NCBI GenBank assembly: GCA_965237955.1
Contig: OZ250169.1
Location: 1,376,001-1,440,000 of the forward strand
Source of the DNA: Candidatus Marinacidobacterales bacterium
GTDB lineage: Bacteria; Acidobacteriota; Vicinamibacteria; Marinacidobacterales; SMYC01
Direction of reading: 5' to 3'
Length of the DNA stretch: 64,000 nucleotides
Positions 52,423 to 63,606 of the stretch are shown piece by piece. Made by a program: the position numbers and the translations under genes. The notes under the pieces are model-generated. The model saw only the letters and a program-made list of their open reading frames with translations. It was not told the origin of the DNA and made no database searches. How positions within the stretch are numbered: position 1 is the stretch's first letter; every line of letters starts with the position of its first letter.

Positions 52423-53361
52423 CTAGCGGCGTCCGGTGTCCGGGTCAAGTGAGCGCGACCGGCGTTTTCTCACGAGGAAGATCCCTAGAAAAATCGTGGC
52501 TGCCCCGATGAGTTGAAGCGTTCCGATAGGTTCGCCGATCCATAGATGGGCGATCGCGAGTGCGGCCACCGGCATGAGGTTCGAGTAGATCGCCGTTTGC
52601 GTGGGGCCGATGCGCGACACCGCAAAATACCAGCAGCAGTACGCAACCACGAGCGCGAACACGAACGAGTACACCGTCGCCCACCACGCTGCCGCCGGGA
52701 CCGCGCTCGGGTCGAGCGAAAGAAGCGCCGGTAGACCGAAGGGCAAGAACACCAATGTGCCCAACGTCATCGTGTAGGCGTTCGTCTTGAACAAGCCGTA
52801 CCGGGCGACGACCGGCTGCCCGAACACGGTGTAGGCCGACCAGCACAGCGTGGCGGCGAGCGTGAGCCAGTCGCCCCGAGCGCTCCCTCCAAGCTGGACC
52901 GAGTCGTGCAGTACCAGGCAGACGCCGAGCACGGAAACCGAGATGCCGATCCAAGTGCGAGGCGTCGCCCGCTCGATGGAGAACAACGAGCTCAGTATCG
53001 CAACGAACACCGGTGTGAGCCCGAGCAGGATTGCGGAGTTCGATGCCGTGGTCTCGTCGATACCGGAGATGAACAAGAGCTGGTAGCCGGTGTGCCCTAT
53101 TAGAGCTAATGCGACGAAACGGAGGCGGTCCTCGGGAAGGATGCTCGGACCAGGGACGAGTCGCGCGAGCGTGAGAAAGATGATCGAGGCGACGATCAAA
53201 CGGACGCTATTGAAAGCGAACGGCTCGAGCTCCTCGAGGGCGAACTTGACGACACTGAAGTTGATCGCCCATATCAGGACGGCCCCGACGAGCGCGGCGT
53301 CGACGGCTAAGGTGTGTTTTGCGGTGGTCACGGGCCGGGCAACAGGCTCTTCGACTTCCAC
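52423..53361 (-). CDS. DMT/EamA family transporter
   Basis: About 10 hydrophobic segments, IWAINF..VK, LMPV. Confidence 0.88.
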   Translation of the reverse strand: MEVEEPVARPVTTAKHTLAVDAALVGAVLIWAINFSVVKFALEELEPFAFNSVRLIVASIIFLTLARLVPGPSILPEDRLRFVALALIGHTGYQLLFISGIDETTASNSAILLGLTPVFVAILSSLFSIERATPRTWIGISVSVLGVCLVLHDSVQLGGSARGDWLTLAATLCWSAYTVFGQPVVARYGLFKTNAYTMTLGTLVFLPFGLPALLSLDPSAVPAAAWWATVYSFVFALVVAYCCWYFAVSRIGPTQTAIYSNLMPVAALAIAHLWIGEPIGTLQLIGAATIFLGIFLVRKRRSRSLDPDTGRR

Positions 53362-53377
53362 CCGGCCCGGACGGAAA

Positions 53378-54265
53378 CTACATCATCCTTTCGATGATGC
53401 GATCGCTCTGCTCTTTGGTGAGCGCCGGGACTGCTGTTGCGACGGGTCCCGCCTCGAGCACCGGTTCTTGATCGTTGAGCGCCGGAACGTCTTCGTTCTT
53501 GTAATAGAGGCCAGTGTAGATCATGTCGTCCCAGTGCATCGCCTTTTCACAGGCGCTCTTCCAATCAGACGGATCATGGTCTTCGTCTTCCAGTTTTTTG
53601 ATCCGTTCGCGGAAGAAATCGTAGCTGTTGTGCTTGTTGAACGTCACGCACGGGCTGAAACAATCGATGAACGAAAACCCTTTGTGCTCGATCGCTTGCT
53701 GTATGAGAGACAGCAGGTGTTTGCCGTGGCCCGAGAATCCACGCGCGACGAAGGTCGCGCCGTTCATGATCGAGGAGGTGACGGCGTTGTAGGGCCTCTC
53801 GAGGTTGCCGAACGGCGTCGACTTCGTCTTCATGCCGACCTCACTCGCGGGGCTTACCTGGCCTGTTGTCAGACCGTAGATCTGGTTGTTCATCACGAGG
53901 TAAGTCATGTCGACGTTGCGCCGCGCGGTGTGAGTGAAATGATTGCCGCCGATGCCGTATCCGTCGCCGTCACCGCCCGTGACCAACACCGTTAGCTCGG
54001 GGTTGGCGAACTTCACGCCGGTCGCGACTGCCAACGCGCGGCCGTGGAGCGTGTGCATGCCGTACGTGCTGAGGTAACCCGGGAAGTTGGAGGAGCAGCC
54101 GATCCCGCTCACACACATGATTTCGTGAGGCTTTCTGCCCAACGCGGCCAACGCTTTTTGCACGGCGTTCAGAAGACCGAAGTCGCCGCAACCGGGGCAC
54201 CAGTCTGGATCGATTTTGCTCTTGAAATCTTTCGCTTTGAGCTCGGGTAGTGCGGTTGTCGCCAT
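53378..54265 (-). CDS. 2-oxoacid:ferredoxin oxidoreductase beta subunit
   Basis: WCPGCGD, GIGCS, HGRA, GDGD, YGLTTGQ. Confidence 0.95.
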   Translation of the reverse strand: MATTALPELKAKDFKSKIDPDWCPGCGDFGLLNAVQKALAALGRKPHEIMCVSGIGCSSNFPGYLSTYGMHTLHGRALAVATGVKFANPELTVLVTGGDGDGYGIGGNHFTHTARRNVDMTYLVMNNQIYGLTTGQVSPASEVGMKTKSTPFGNLERPYNAVTSSIMNGATFVARGFSGHGKHLLSLIQQAIEHKGFSFIDCFSPCVTFNKHNSYDFFRERIKKLEDEDHDPSDWKSACEKAMHWDDMIYTGLYYKNEDVPALNDQEPVLEAGPVATAVPALTKEQSDRIIERMM

Positions 54266-54274
54266 CTTCGTCTC

Positions 54275-56065
54275 CTAAACCATGATCTCTTGAAAGGGCA
54301 CGAAGACGCCGTCTTCGACCTCTTTCTTGTCGCCCAGGTGATCCAAAACGCCGTTCACGACGTGGTGCGGCTGGAATGGCTCGCCGTCGTATTTGCGGAT
54401 GTGGCCGTCCACCGCACAGCCGGTTTCGCTCCTGAGGAAACGGTGGAACTGGCCCGAGTGGTTGTTCTCGACGATGAGCACCTTCTTGGCTTTGTCGATA
54501 ACGGCTGCCACCGCCTCGGTATGGAAAGGCTGGATCCACTTCACCGCCAGCTGGTTCGCTTTGACGCCTCGAGCCTCGAGAAGTGCGCGCGCCTCGCGGA
54601 TGACGCCTTCGGTCGAGCCGAAGCCGACGAGAGTGACGTCGGCGTCCGCAGGTCCAACGAGCTCGGGTGCATCGACTTTGTCGAGAAACGTCGACAGTTT
54701 CCGAGCGCGCTTTTCGACCATCTCGCGGCGTTTGTGCGGGTTGGTGAACTCGTCGCTGATGAGCACACTGTCCTCGTCGTGCTCGTCCGTGGCCGCAACG
54801 TAAGCATGGCCGGCCACGCCGGGGATGGCGCGCGGTGAGATGCCGCTGTCGGTGATCTTGTAGCGCTGATAGCCGTTGGTCGCTCCGCCTTCGGTGATGA
54901 CGTCGCCGCGGTCGATCGTCGGCTGCATGTTGATGGCGTCGGGGTCGACGCTGAACGTGCCTTCCGAGATCAAGAGGTCGGACAGCACAATCGCCGGACA
55001 CTGGTAGTGATCGACGAGGTTGAACACCTCGGCGATGGTGTCGAACGCATCGAGGGCGTCCTTGGGCGCGACGATGACGCGCTCGAAGTCGCCCTGGCTG
55101 GCACCGAGCATCTGCCACAGGTCGCCTTGCTCGGTTTTCGTGGGAACGCCCGTCGACGGACCCGCCCGTTGCACGTTGATGAAAACGACCGGGATCTCCA
55201 TCATGCCGGCGGCACCGACCGCTTCGGTCATGAGGGCAAAGCCTCCGCCCGACGTCGCGCACATCGTGCGCGCGCCGGTGTTCGCTGCCCCGAGCGCGAC
55301 ATTGGCGACACCGATCTCGTCTTCGATTTGGCGCACCATGATGCCGCACTCGCGCGCGTTTTTCGCCATCCAGTGAAGAACACCCGTGGCCGGGCTCATG
55401 GGGTAGGCGGCGTAGAATTTGACGCCGGCCGCGGCGCCGCCCATGGCAATCGCGTCGTTGCCCGTCCACACCGCCATCGGCTTGTCGCCTTTCGGAAGCG
55501 AGCTCGCGAACGGTTTGAATTTCATTTTCGCGTGGTCGAAGCCGGACATCGCTACGCTGACGTTCTCGGCAACGACGACGTCGCCCTTCGCCCTGAACTG
55601 CATCGTCAGCGCGTCCTCGAGGACTTTGAACTCCATCCCGAGCAAGTTGCTCATGACGCCGAGCGCGACGGTGTTCTGGATGAGCTTGTTGCGGTTGTCT
55701 TCGGTGAGCTCTTTGATGGGCATCCCGCACAGCTGGACACCATCCTGCACTTCGGCCGGCTTGATATCGTCGCTGTTGTAGATGATCGCGCCCCCTTTCA
55801 CCACGTGCCGTGCGTGCCGGTCCATCGTGTCCTGGTTCAAGGCCAAGATGAGGTCGAGCTTGTCGCCGTGGGTGTCGACCGGACCGTCCTTGACCCGCAC
55901 CGTGAGAAAGATGTGCCCACCACGGATGATGGATTGGTACGCGTTGTAGGCGTACAGGTTGAGGCCCCGGCGCACGAGGATACGCGCGAGGATGTTCCCG
56001 GGCGTTGCAATACCTTGCCCGGCCGCCCCACCGATGGCGAAGGCGAAATCATAGCCGCTGGACAT
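54275..56065 (-). CDS. 2-oxoacid:acceptor oxidoreductase alpha subunit
   Basis: GGAAGQG, IRGGH, AYPMSPA, EDEI, QRAGPSTG. Confidence 0.95.
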   Translation of the reverse strand: MSSGYDFAFAIGGAAGQGIATPGNILARILVRRGLNLYAYNAYQSIIRGGHIFLTVRVKDGPVDTHGDKLDLILALNQDTMDRHARHVVKGGAIIYNSDDIKPAEVQDGVQLCGMPIKELTEDNRNKLIQNTVALGVMSNLLGMEFKVLEDALTMQFRAKGDVVVAENVSVAMSGFDHAKMKFKPFASSLPKGDKPMAVWTGNDAIAMGGAAAGVKFYAAYPMSPATGVLHWMAKNARECGIMVRQIEDEIGVANVALGAANTGARTMCATSGGGFALMTEAVGAAGMMEIPVVFINVQRAGPSTGVPTKTEQGDLWQMLGASQGDFERVIVAPKDALDAFDTIAEVFNLVDHYQCPAIVLSDLLISEGTFSVDPDAINMQPTIDRGDVITEGGATNGYQRYKITDSGISPRAIPGVAGHAYVAATDEHDEDSVLISDEFTNPHKRREMVEKRARKLSTFLDKVDAPELVGPADADVTLVGFGSTEGVIREARALLEARGVKANQLAVKWIQPFHTEAVAAVIDKAKKVLIVENNHSGQFHRFLRSETGCAVDGHIRKYDGEPFQPHHVVNGVLDHLGDKKEVEDGVFVPFQEIMV

Positions 56066-56219
56066 TTTTCCTCCAACAAGAGAGTTCGGGTCAGATTTTA
56101 AGGGGTTCAGGATTTTCTGCACCCGGGCAACTTTAGAAGTTTATCACTCTGGCCCCAACCTGGAAAGTGGCCGAAGAAGGCCCCGTTGCGGGCCCCCAAA
56201 CCCCCCGTGCCCGATCCAC

Positions 56220-56385
56220 CCCCCCTGCCCCTGCCCGTCCCCGTTTCCGACCAGTACTTTGGACGTTTTGAGCGAATCGGGCTGTGGGTTCGGCAGGGCC
56301 CGCAGTCGAGACGAATTTGGGCACGGGCACAAGCGTTGGCGTTGGCGTTTGAACTGGGACGGGGACGGGCAAGGGCAGGGGGCAC
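56220..56385. repeat. Inverted hexamer cassette
   Basis: ccctgcccctgcccgtccccgt ... gggacggggacgggcaagggcagggg. Confidence 0.6.
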
Positions 56386-56430
56386 AACAGTGATTCTCAA
56401 CACGGCGGTGGGTTGTTACACTGATACCCC

Positions 56431-57823
56431 ATGCAGGGTCGTTGGGCGCGGGACGCCGTCAATATCATCGTTGCCGTGGCCGTCTTCGCGGGTGCGTTCG
56501 GATTCTACTACCTGACCGGGCCGGCGGATGTGGCGTGGATGGAAGGTGCGGAGTACCAACGCCGCGTTGCGCAAACCGATATCGGGAACGGACCGTGGGA
56601 GCATCCGCTGTTCGTCTTCCTCTCCCAGCCGTTCTTGCTCCTACCGTGGGGAGAGCTCGCGCGCCGCGCGAACTGGGCGGCCGCCGCCTCCGCTGCCGGC
56701 GCGTGTCTGTTCGTCTACCTCTTGTTGAAGAGCCTGCTTACGATGGCGCCCCAGTTCATTGCGAGGCGCGTCGGCGTCCTCGCCGCGGTCTCGCTCGGCG
56801 TGTCGCACACGTTCTGGATGCGCGCGGTCACGCCCGGTCCGGAGCCTCTGGATGCTCTATTGCTCGCGGCGATGTTGTACTTTCTGATTCGTTTCGCGAA
56901 CGTCGGGGGTGCGACCAACCTCTATATCGGCATGGGGATTCTCGGGCTCTCGCTCGCCAACAATCTCCTGATGGTCTTTCTGGTCCCGATTGTGTTCCTA
57001 TGGGCTCGTGTCGTGCAGCCACCGCTTATCCGAGAGATCGGCAAAGTCCGCTTCCGCGGCCTGGCGATGTTCGTTGCCGGAGCATCGGTTGCACTTGCGG
57101 TAACGGCGTGGGGATGGACGAAGACGGGTTTTCTCATACCGCCGGTTCAGAAGAGCTGGCTCCCATTCTGGGAGCACATGATGCTCACCTGGGAGCCACC
57201 GCTACAGGAGTCGTTGATGCGCTTCGGCGCGATGGTGCTCTTGAACTTCCCACCGTGGACGGCGGTTATCGGTCTTCTCGGATTGTGGGAGCTCTATCGC
57301 CGACAGAAGTACGTTTTCTTTCTCATCTTCCCGTTGTTTCTCGTGCACGCGTTCTTGGTCGTGACGCTCCGCCTCGGCGCGCCGGTGCCGTCTTATTTGC
57401 CGGCGTGGGTACTCCTTTCGGTGGCCGTCGGGTTCGGGTGGTGGAAGCTCCTGTCGAGCGGCGGGTGGCAGGGCTTCGCCGTGGCTATCCTTTTGTGTGC
57501 CTCGCCGCTCGTGATCTATCGCTTTGCACATGATGGGCTTGCACCCGCCCCACCCCGTCATCACGACGAAGCTTGCGACCCACCATCTACAGGCGACAGG
57601 CGAGTGGTTTCACGTCATGCCCCGGACTGCCTTCACCGATCGAGTGTTGGCGGACGCGCCGGTCTCGTCGATAGAGCCTGGTGAGCCTGCTGAGCCCGGT
57701 CAGGCCGCTCAAGAAAACGTAGAAGTCGCGGATGACGCTCTCGACGACTCGCACCTCATCGGAAGGTGGTACGGCTACGTCGAGCCACAGGGCTACCCGG
57801 TGACGCTACGGATCCATCCCTGA
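56431..57823 (+). pseudogene. DUF2723/TMEM260-like GT-C membrane protein, truncated or frameshifted near 57530
   Basis: HPLF, FWMRAV..., multiple TMs; coding signal changes frame and ends abruptly. Confidence 0.6.
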
Positions 57824-57927
57824 TCACAAAACAGACGCTAACACAACCGCGACTCGGCCTCGACCGGAACGTTCATGAGGTCTCACCGAAGATCTCCAGT
57901 TGATTTCTGGATTCCGAGCCGCTAGGA

Positions 57928-58482
57928 TTGGCGACACTTTCTGGCGTGAGAGACCTCTTGAGCTTCATTAACGGTTCGATCGACTTCACCGATAAGAAAA
58001 TACTATCGGCACTCCTGTCCAAGGGTCGCAGCACGTTCGCGGAGCTCGCCGCCCAGGTCGGACTCACCGCGCCAACCGTCCACGACCGCGTCAAAAAACT
58101 CGAGAGAAGCGGAGTCATCGAAGGCTACACCGCGATCATCAATCCCGCCTCGCTCGGATACGACATCACCGCGATGGTTCGGATTACCACCGTTGCCGAC
58201 GTGACGTCTCACGACTACGAGAGTCATCTCGCCGAGATCTCGGAGATCCAGCAATGCTTCTCCGTCGCCGGAGAAGAGACCTACGTCGCGCTGATTCTCA
58301 CCCGCACGCCCAAAACCCTCGAGACGGTCCTGCAGCGCATCAAGACGATTCCGGGAACGATGGCGACGAAGACGTCGGTGGTATTGTCGGCTCCGATTAG
58401 CCGGCACACGTTGCCTCAAAAGGAAGACGTCCGCGAGTTTCCCGCCGAATCGACCAACGAATCCGCGTCCATAGCGCGTTAG
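57928..58482 (+). CDS. Lrp/AsnC family regulator
   Basis: DKKILSAL...ELAAQVGLTAPTVHDRVKKLE.SGVI.GY. Confidence 0.9.
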   Translation: MATLSGVRDLLSFINGSIDFTDKKILSALLSKGRSTFAELAAQVGLTAPTVHDRVKKLERSGVIEGYTAIINPASLGYDITAMVRITTVADVTSHDYESHLAEISEIQQCFSVAGEETYVALILTRTPKTLETVLQRIKTIPGTMATKTSVVLSAPISRHTLPQKEDVREFPAESTNESASIAR

Positions 58483-59837
58483 TGGTGCCTCCGCATCAGC
58501 GTATTCATCGCAACCAGTAAAGGATTCCAAAGCGCTCCCGCGGGCGGCGCATACGCCAGATCGAGCTGCGCCGCCTCTCGAACCGTCATCCGAGCGGTCA
58601 AGGCGGTCGCGGCCACGTCGATTGCGGACGCTGCCTCCGCGCTTCCTACGAGCTGGGCACCGAGGAGGCGTCCGGAGTCTCGATCTGCGAGAACTTTGAC
58701 CGACGCCGGCGCGCCCCCGAAATAGTGAGCTCGCGATCGCGCCTCGATCGTCGACTCGACGACCGAGAATCCGCCGCGGGTCGCCTCTTCCGTGTTCAAG
58801 CCCGTCCGCGCCGCAACGACGTCGAAGACTTTCACGATGCTCGTCCCCACCGCTCCGATGAAACGCGAGCGCTCTCCGGCGAGATTCTCCCCCGCGATGC
58901 GGCCCTGTTTCGCGGCGACGGTTCCGAGCGGGATCAACGCCGGGCCGCCACTCACGAGATGATGCGTCTCCGCGCAGTTTCCGGCCGCGTAGACGCCAGG
59001 GAGGTTGGTCTCGAGACGCTCGTTGACCACGATCGCGCCGCTCGCGCCGATTTCGACGCCCGCCTTGGCCGCGAGCTCCACCGAGGCCACGACGCCCACA
59101 TCGACGAACACGAGCTCCGCGGGAATACGGAGCGAGCCGGTGGCGAGCTCGACCGCTTCCACTTCGCCGCTCCGATTTCCGGCGACGCGCTTGACCCGAC
59201 GGTTCGTCATGACGGTGACGCCGTGACGGGACAGCTCGTCTTCCACGAGCTTGGCCATGTCGGGGTCGAGCGCGGAGAAGATTTGCGGGGCCGAGTCTAC
59301 GAGCGTGACCGACAAACCACGCGCAACCATCGCTTCGGCGATCTCGAGACCTACGTAGCCGCCACCTATTAGCACCGCGCGACGCGCTTGCCGCATGCCC
59401 AGCCACGAGTGAATGGCTTCGGCGTCGCCGAGCCGGCTCGCCGTGAATACGCCCTTCAGGTGGGCACCTTCGACATCGGGCGTGACGGGCCGGTAGCCCG
59501 TCGCAACCAGGACTTTGTCGTAGCCCAGGGTCTCGCGTTTTCCCGAGCGTCCGTCTTCGACCGTCACCTTCCGCTGCGAGGCCATGAGCTCGACCGCCCG
59601 GCACTCGACGCGGGCGTCGATCCCCCGATCGTTTTTGAGGCTTTCCGGCGTGAACAGCTCGAGCTCGGATAACTCGGGCACGAGCCCGCTCAGAAAATAC
59701 GGCAGCCCACAAATGCTATAGGCGATGCGAGGGCTCGCTTCGAGAACGGTCACCTCGAGCGAGGGGTCCAGCCGCTTGGCGCGTGAGGCAGCCGTCATCC
59801 CGGCCGCATTCCCCCCGATCACGAGAATGCGCGTCAT
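58479..59837 (-). CDS. CoA-disulfide reductase / NADH oxidase family flavoprotein
   Basis: GGNAAG, YSICGLPY, GGGYVGLE, DLAYAPP. Confidence 0.9.
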   Translation of the reverse strand: MTRILVIGGNAAGMTAASRAKRLDPSLEVTVLEASPRIAYSICGLPYFLSGLVPELSELELFTPESLKNDRGIDARVECRAVELMASQRKVTVEDGRSGKRETLGYDKVLVATGYRPVTPDVEGAHLKGVFTASRLGDAEAIHSWLGMRQARRAVLIGGGYVGLEIAEAMVARGLSVTLVDSAPQIFSALDPDMAKLVEDELSRHGVTVMTNRRVKRVAGNRSGEVEAVELATGSLRIPAELVFVDVGVVASVELAAKAGVEIGASGAIVVNERLETNLPGVYAAGNCAETHHLVSGGPALIPLGTVAAKQGRIAGENLAGERSRFIGAVGTSIVKVFDVVAARTGLNTEEATRGGFSVVESTIEARSRAHYFGGAPASVKVLADRDSGRLLGAQLVGSAEAASAIDVAATALTARMTVREAAQLDLAYAPPAGALWNPLLVAMNTLMRRHH

Positions 59838-60547
59838 TCTGAGTCTGAGTCTGAGACCGGCGCGTATTGCCGAAGGTAGTCGCCGATGGCGGCCATCAGC
59901 TCATCGCTGAGGTTTCCACCACGGTGAAGGATGTCGACCATCTCGCGCACGGTGATCACCGGGAGCACCGGGATGCCGAGGGAGTCCTCGAGCTCGCTCA
60001 ATGTGCTCTTCTTTCCTGAGCCTCGCTCCTGCCGATCCACCGCGACGACGATGCCGGTGATCCGGACGGACGCTTGGCCGAGGAGCTCGACCGAGTGGCG
60101 GATGGAAGCGCCGGACGTAATGACGTCGTCCACGATCACGGCCGATAGACCCGCTTCCGGTTGCGTGCCCACAAAGCGACTCCCTTCACCGTGGTCTTTG
60201 ACCTCCTTGCGGTCGAACGCGAACCCGACGTCCGAGCCGAGCTCGGCGAGCGCGCTCGCTGTAGCCACGGCGAGCGGGATACCTTTATAAGAGGGTCCGA
60301 ACACGAAGTCACACTCGAGTCCCTCGGCGAGCATGCGGGCGGCGTAAGCACGGCCCAACCCCGCGATCGCACTTCCGGTACGCAGCTGGCCCGCGTTGAT
60401 GAAATAGGGCGACGTGCGCCCGGATTTCAGGGTGAACTCCCCGAAACGGACGACGTCGCTCGCCGCGAGGAGCTCGACGAAGCGCTTCTTGTAGGCGTCA
60501 TCTCGAGGGTCAGTCTCAGGGTCAGGCACGGCGGGAGCATAACGCAT
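59834..60547 (-). CDS. pyrE: Orotate phosphoribosyltransferase
   Basis: FTLKSGRTSPYF, FGPSYKGIP, RKEVKDHGEG, VDDVITSG. Confidence 0.95.
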   Translation of the reverse strand: MRYAPAVPDPETDPRDDAYKKRFVELLAASDVVRFGEFTLKSGRTSPYFINAGQLRTGSAIAGLGRAYAARMLAEGLECDFVFGPSYKGIPLAVATASALAELGSDVGFAFDRKEVKDHGEGSRFVGTQPEAGLSAVIVDDVITSGASIRHSVELLGQASVRITGIVVAVDRQERGSGKKSTLSELEDSLGIPVLPVITVREMVDILHRGGNLSDELMAAIGDYLRQYAPVSDSDSE

Positions 60548-60588
60548 CTTGTGCGCCCACAGCCATTTCTGATACAACCTTGCCAACC

Positions 60589-61560
60589 ATGGAGCTGATC
60601 CATCGCCCTCGACGCCTCAGGCGCAGCGAGCCCATCCGTACGCTCGTGCGAGAGACGGCGCTGTCACCAGGTGAGCTCATCGCACCGCTTTTCGTCAAGG
60701 AAGGCAAGGGAGTTCGCGAGCCAATCGATACCATGCCTGGCCAATTCCGGCTTTCTTCCGACGAGCTCGTGCGCGAGGCGGAGGAGCTCTGGGGCGTCGG
60801 TGTCCGGGCGGTCAATCTCTTCGGGTATTCGGACACCAAGGACGAGGGCGCCACTGAATCCTACAACCCCGAAGGGGTTATCCCGAACGCAGTGCGCGCC
60901 CTCAAAAGAGCGCTACCTGAGCTGTGCGTCCAGACCGACGTTGCCCTCGACCCATACTCGGTGCACGGTCACGACGGGCTCGTGATCGATGGCGATGTGG
61001 CCAACGACGAGACCGTGGAAGTCCTCTGTCGCATGGCGCTCGCGCACGCCGAAGCCGGTGTCGACTGGGTCGCGCCCTCGGACATGATGGACGGGCGTGT
61101 CGGCGCCATCCGCGATGCACTCGACGAGGGCGAGTTCACCCACGTCGGGATCCTCGCATATTCCGCGAAGTACGCATCCTGTTTCTACGGTCCCTTCCGG
61201 GGCGCGCTCGACTCCGCGCCGCGCAAAGGCGACAAGAAGTCCTATCAGATGGACCCTGCCAACGCACGAGAGGCGCTCAAAGAGATTGCCCTCGATATCG
61301 AAGAAGGCGCCGATGTCGTCATGGTCAAGCCCGCACTCCCCTACCTCGACGTGATCGCCCGTGTCCGGGCGGAGTTCGACGTTCCCATCGCCGCCTACAA
61401 CGTTTCCGGAGAGTACGGGATGATCGTGGCCGCTGCCGAGAAAGGTTGGATCGACCGCGATTCGGCGATTTTGGAGGCGCTCGTTTCCATCAAGCGCGCC
61501 GGCGCCGACATGATCCTCACCTACTTCGCGAAGGAAGCCGCACGCCTGCTTCGAGCGTAG
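60589..61560 (+). CDS. hemB: Porphobilinogen synthase (DVALDPY, non-Zn type)
   Basis: RPRRLR, PSDMMDGR, YSAKY, YQMDP, MVKPA. Confidence 0.96.
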   Translation: MELIHRPRRLRRSEPIRTLVRETALSPGELIAPLFVKEGKGVREPIDTMPGQFRLSSDELVREAEELWGVGVRAVNLFGYSDTKDEGATESYNPEGVIPNAVRALKRALPELCVQTDVALDPYSVHGHDGLVIDGDVANDETVEVLCRMALAHAEAGVDWVAPSDMMDGRVGAIRDALDEGEFTHVGILAYSAKYASCFYGPFRGALDSAPRKGDKKSYQMDPANAREALKEIALDIEEGADVVMVKPALPYLDVIARVRAEFDVPIAAYNVSGEYGMIVAAAEKGWIDRDSAILEALVSIKRAGADMILTYFAKEAARLLRA

Positions 61561-61561
61561 T

Positions 61562-61940
61562 GCCTGGGCCGGCTACAGCGAGATCGGTGAGAACTTCAAC
61601 CCCGAGGTGGGTTTTCTTTGGCGCCGCAGCTACCGCAGCGTCACGACCGGCGTGTTTCGATTCCTTCGGCCCGATATCGCTCTCTTTCGTGAGCTCCGCC
61701 CCCACGTCGTCTACTCGAGTTTCTAGAATTTCACCGGATTCAAAGAGACAGAATTTCTGCATTTCGATTCTCACTTCGACTTCGAGAACGACGCGCTGTT
61801 CGAACCCGCGGTCAATCACACCGTCCAAGGTTTGAAACAGCCGTTCGCGATCTCCCCCAGCGTCATCGAAGCACCAGGCACCTACACGCACTGGGAGCTC
61901 GGCTGGCGCTGGAACACGAATTTGGCCGCGCCCCTTTCCA
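61562..61940 (+). pseudogene. Internal fragment of another DUF5916-type protein with in-frame TAG (61724)
   Basis: GENFNPEVGF...RELRPH...PFAISPSV..APGTY resembles DFNPELGF...FEISDGIFIPVGNY in 480-2770. Confidence 0.65.
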
Positions 61941-62040
61941 GCTCTACGGTACAATTAGGGGGACTCGCTCTTGTGTGGCGCGCAGGCTCAACGGAGACGG
62001 CCACAACGCTGAGCAAGCTGAACTCGATCCGCTCCTGCCA

Positions 62041-63531
62041 ATGAGCCGCACCGCCACAATACACGATATCCGAACGCTTCTCCTGTCCTTCTACCCGATG
62101 CTCGTGATCGAGACCGTGGAGGAGGAGCGTGTCCATTCAATTCTTGGCCCGATCGCCGCGGGCTTCCGTCTCCCACTCTTCGAGTGGACGATCACTCACG
62201 GCTTGGTACGACTCCCTTCGCGGGAGCGCATCGTCAACACGAAAGAGCCTCTCCAGCTACTCCAGTACCTCGAGCGCCTCCCGGAAGAGGGCATATTTCA
62301 CCTCAAGGATTTCACGAGACACCTCACCAATCCGACGCTCACACGCTTGCTCCGGGAAGTGGCGACCGTCTTCGGCAAGAGGTGCTCCTTTATCGTCCTG
62401 ACCGAGGAATCGGTAGAGCTTCCTCGCGAGATCGAGCACCTGGTGGCGCACTACCGCCTTCACTTTCCCGATCGAGACGAGCTGCGCGAAGTCGTGGACA
62501 ACGTCGTCCGCTCTCTGAGCAGCTACCATCCGATCCATTTCGAGATCGAGCCACCGGACTTCGAGGAGCTTCTAACCGCGCTCGGCGGATTGACCCTCAA
62601 CCAGGCGCGTCAGACCGTCGCGTATTGCGCCATCGAAGATGGAAGGCTGTCGCCGGAGGACATCCGGCGAGCGCTCGATCGCAAAGCCCAGATCATCAAG
62701 GACGACGGCTTGCTCGAGTATTTCCCGGCGCAGGACAATCGCTATGAGCTGGCTGGCTTCCAGCGGTTGAAGGAGTGGCTCGCGCGCGCCCGTACTGGCT
62801 TCGGTCCTAAAGCGCGGGAGCTGAACTTGAGCTCTCCCCGAGGAATCCTGCTGCTCGGGATCCAGGGGTGTGGGAAGTCACTGGCGGCGAAGTTCGTCGC
62901 GCGGGAGTGGAAGCTGCCGCTCCTGAAGCTCGATGCGGGGCGGCTCTACGACAAATATATCGGCGAGTCGGAGAAGAACCTGAGACGCGCGCTTGAGATG
63001 GCCGAGTCCATGGCGCCGGTCGTGCTGTGGATCGATGAGATCGAGAAGGGTCTGGCGCCGAGCGGAAGCGACGAGGCGGACTCAGGACTGAGCCGCCGAA
63101 TCTTCGGGACCTTCGTGACCTGGCTGCAAGAACGAAAGAAGCAGGTGTTCGTCGTCGCTACGGCGAACGACATATCTCGGCTACCGAGCGAGCTCTTGCG
63201 AAAGCGACGCTTCGACGAGATTTTCTTCGTCGATCTCCCGACTATGGAAGAGCGTGTCGACATATTTCGGATTCACCTGGGTCTCCGAAAACAGGACCCG
63301 AGCGCACTCGATCTGGATCGTCTCGTGCTTGCCACGGAGGGCTTCAGCGGCGCGGAGATCGAGCAGACGGTCGTCTCCGGGCTCTATCGCGCTCTCTACC
63401 GCGGACAGCCACTCGACACGGAGTCTCTCTTGGAAGAGATCCAGGGAACCGTACCCCTTTCGGTATCGAGGCGTGAGGATCTGGCCAGGCTCCGCAAGAT
63501 GGCCGAGCGCCGTTTCGTCAACGTGCGCTAG
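62041..63531 (+). CDS. Ycf46-like AAA ATPase
   Basis: IETVEEER, GIQGCGKSL, WIDEIEK, RFDEIFFVDLP. Confidence 0.9.
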   Translation: MSRTATIHDIRTLLLSFYPMLVIETVEEERVHSILGPIAAGFRLPLFEWTITHGLVRLPSRERIVNTKEPLQLLQYLERLPEEGIFHLKDFTRHLTNPTLTRLLREVATVFGKRCSFIVLTEESVELPREIEHLVAHYRLHFPDRDELREVVDNVVRSLSSYHPIHFEIEPPDFEELLTALGGLTLNQARQTVAYCAIEDGRLSPEDIRRALDRKAQIIKDDGLLEYFPAQDNRYELAGFQRLKEWLARARTGFGPKARELNLSSPRGILLLGIQGCGKSLAAKFVAREWKLPLLKLDAGRLYDKYIGESEKNLRRALEMAESMAPVVLWIDEIEKGLAPSGSDEADSGLSRRIFGTFVTWLQERKKQVFVVATANDISRLPSELLRKRRFDEIFFVDLPTMEERVDIFRIHLGLRKQDPSALDLDRLVLATEGFSGAEIEQTVVSGLYRALYRGQPLDTESLLEEIQGTVPLSVSRREDLARLRKMAERRFVNVR

Positions 63532-63606
63532 TGCCCGAACAGTCGATACCGCGTCCATGCGCATCACGTTGTGTAGAATCGCCAATGGTAGAGAGGAGAT
63601 CCGATC

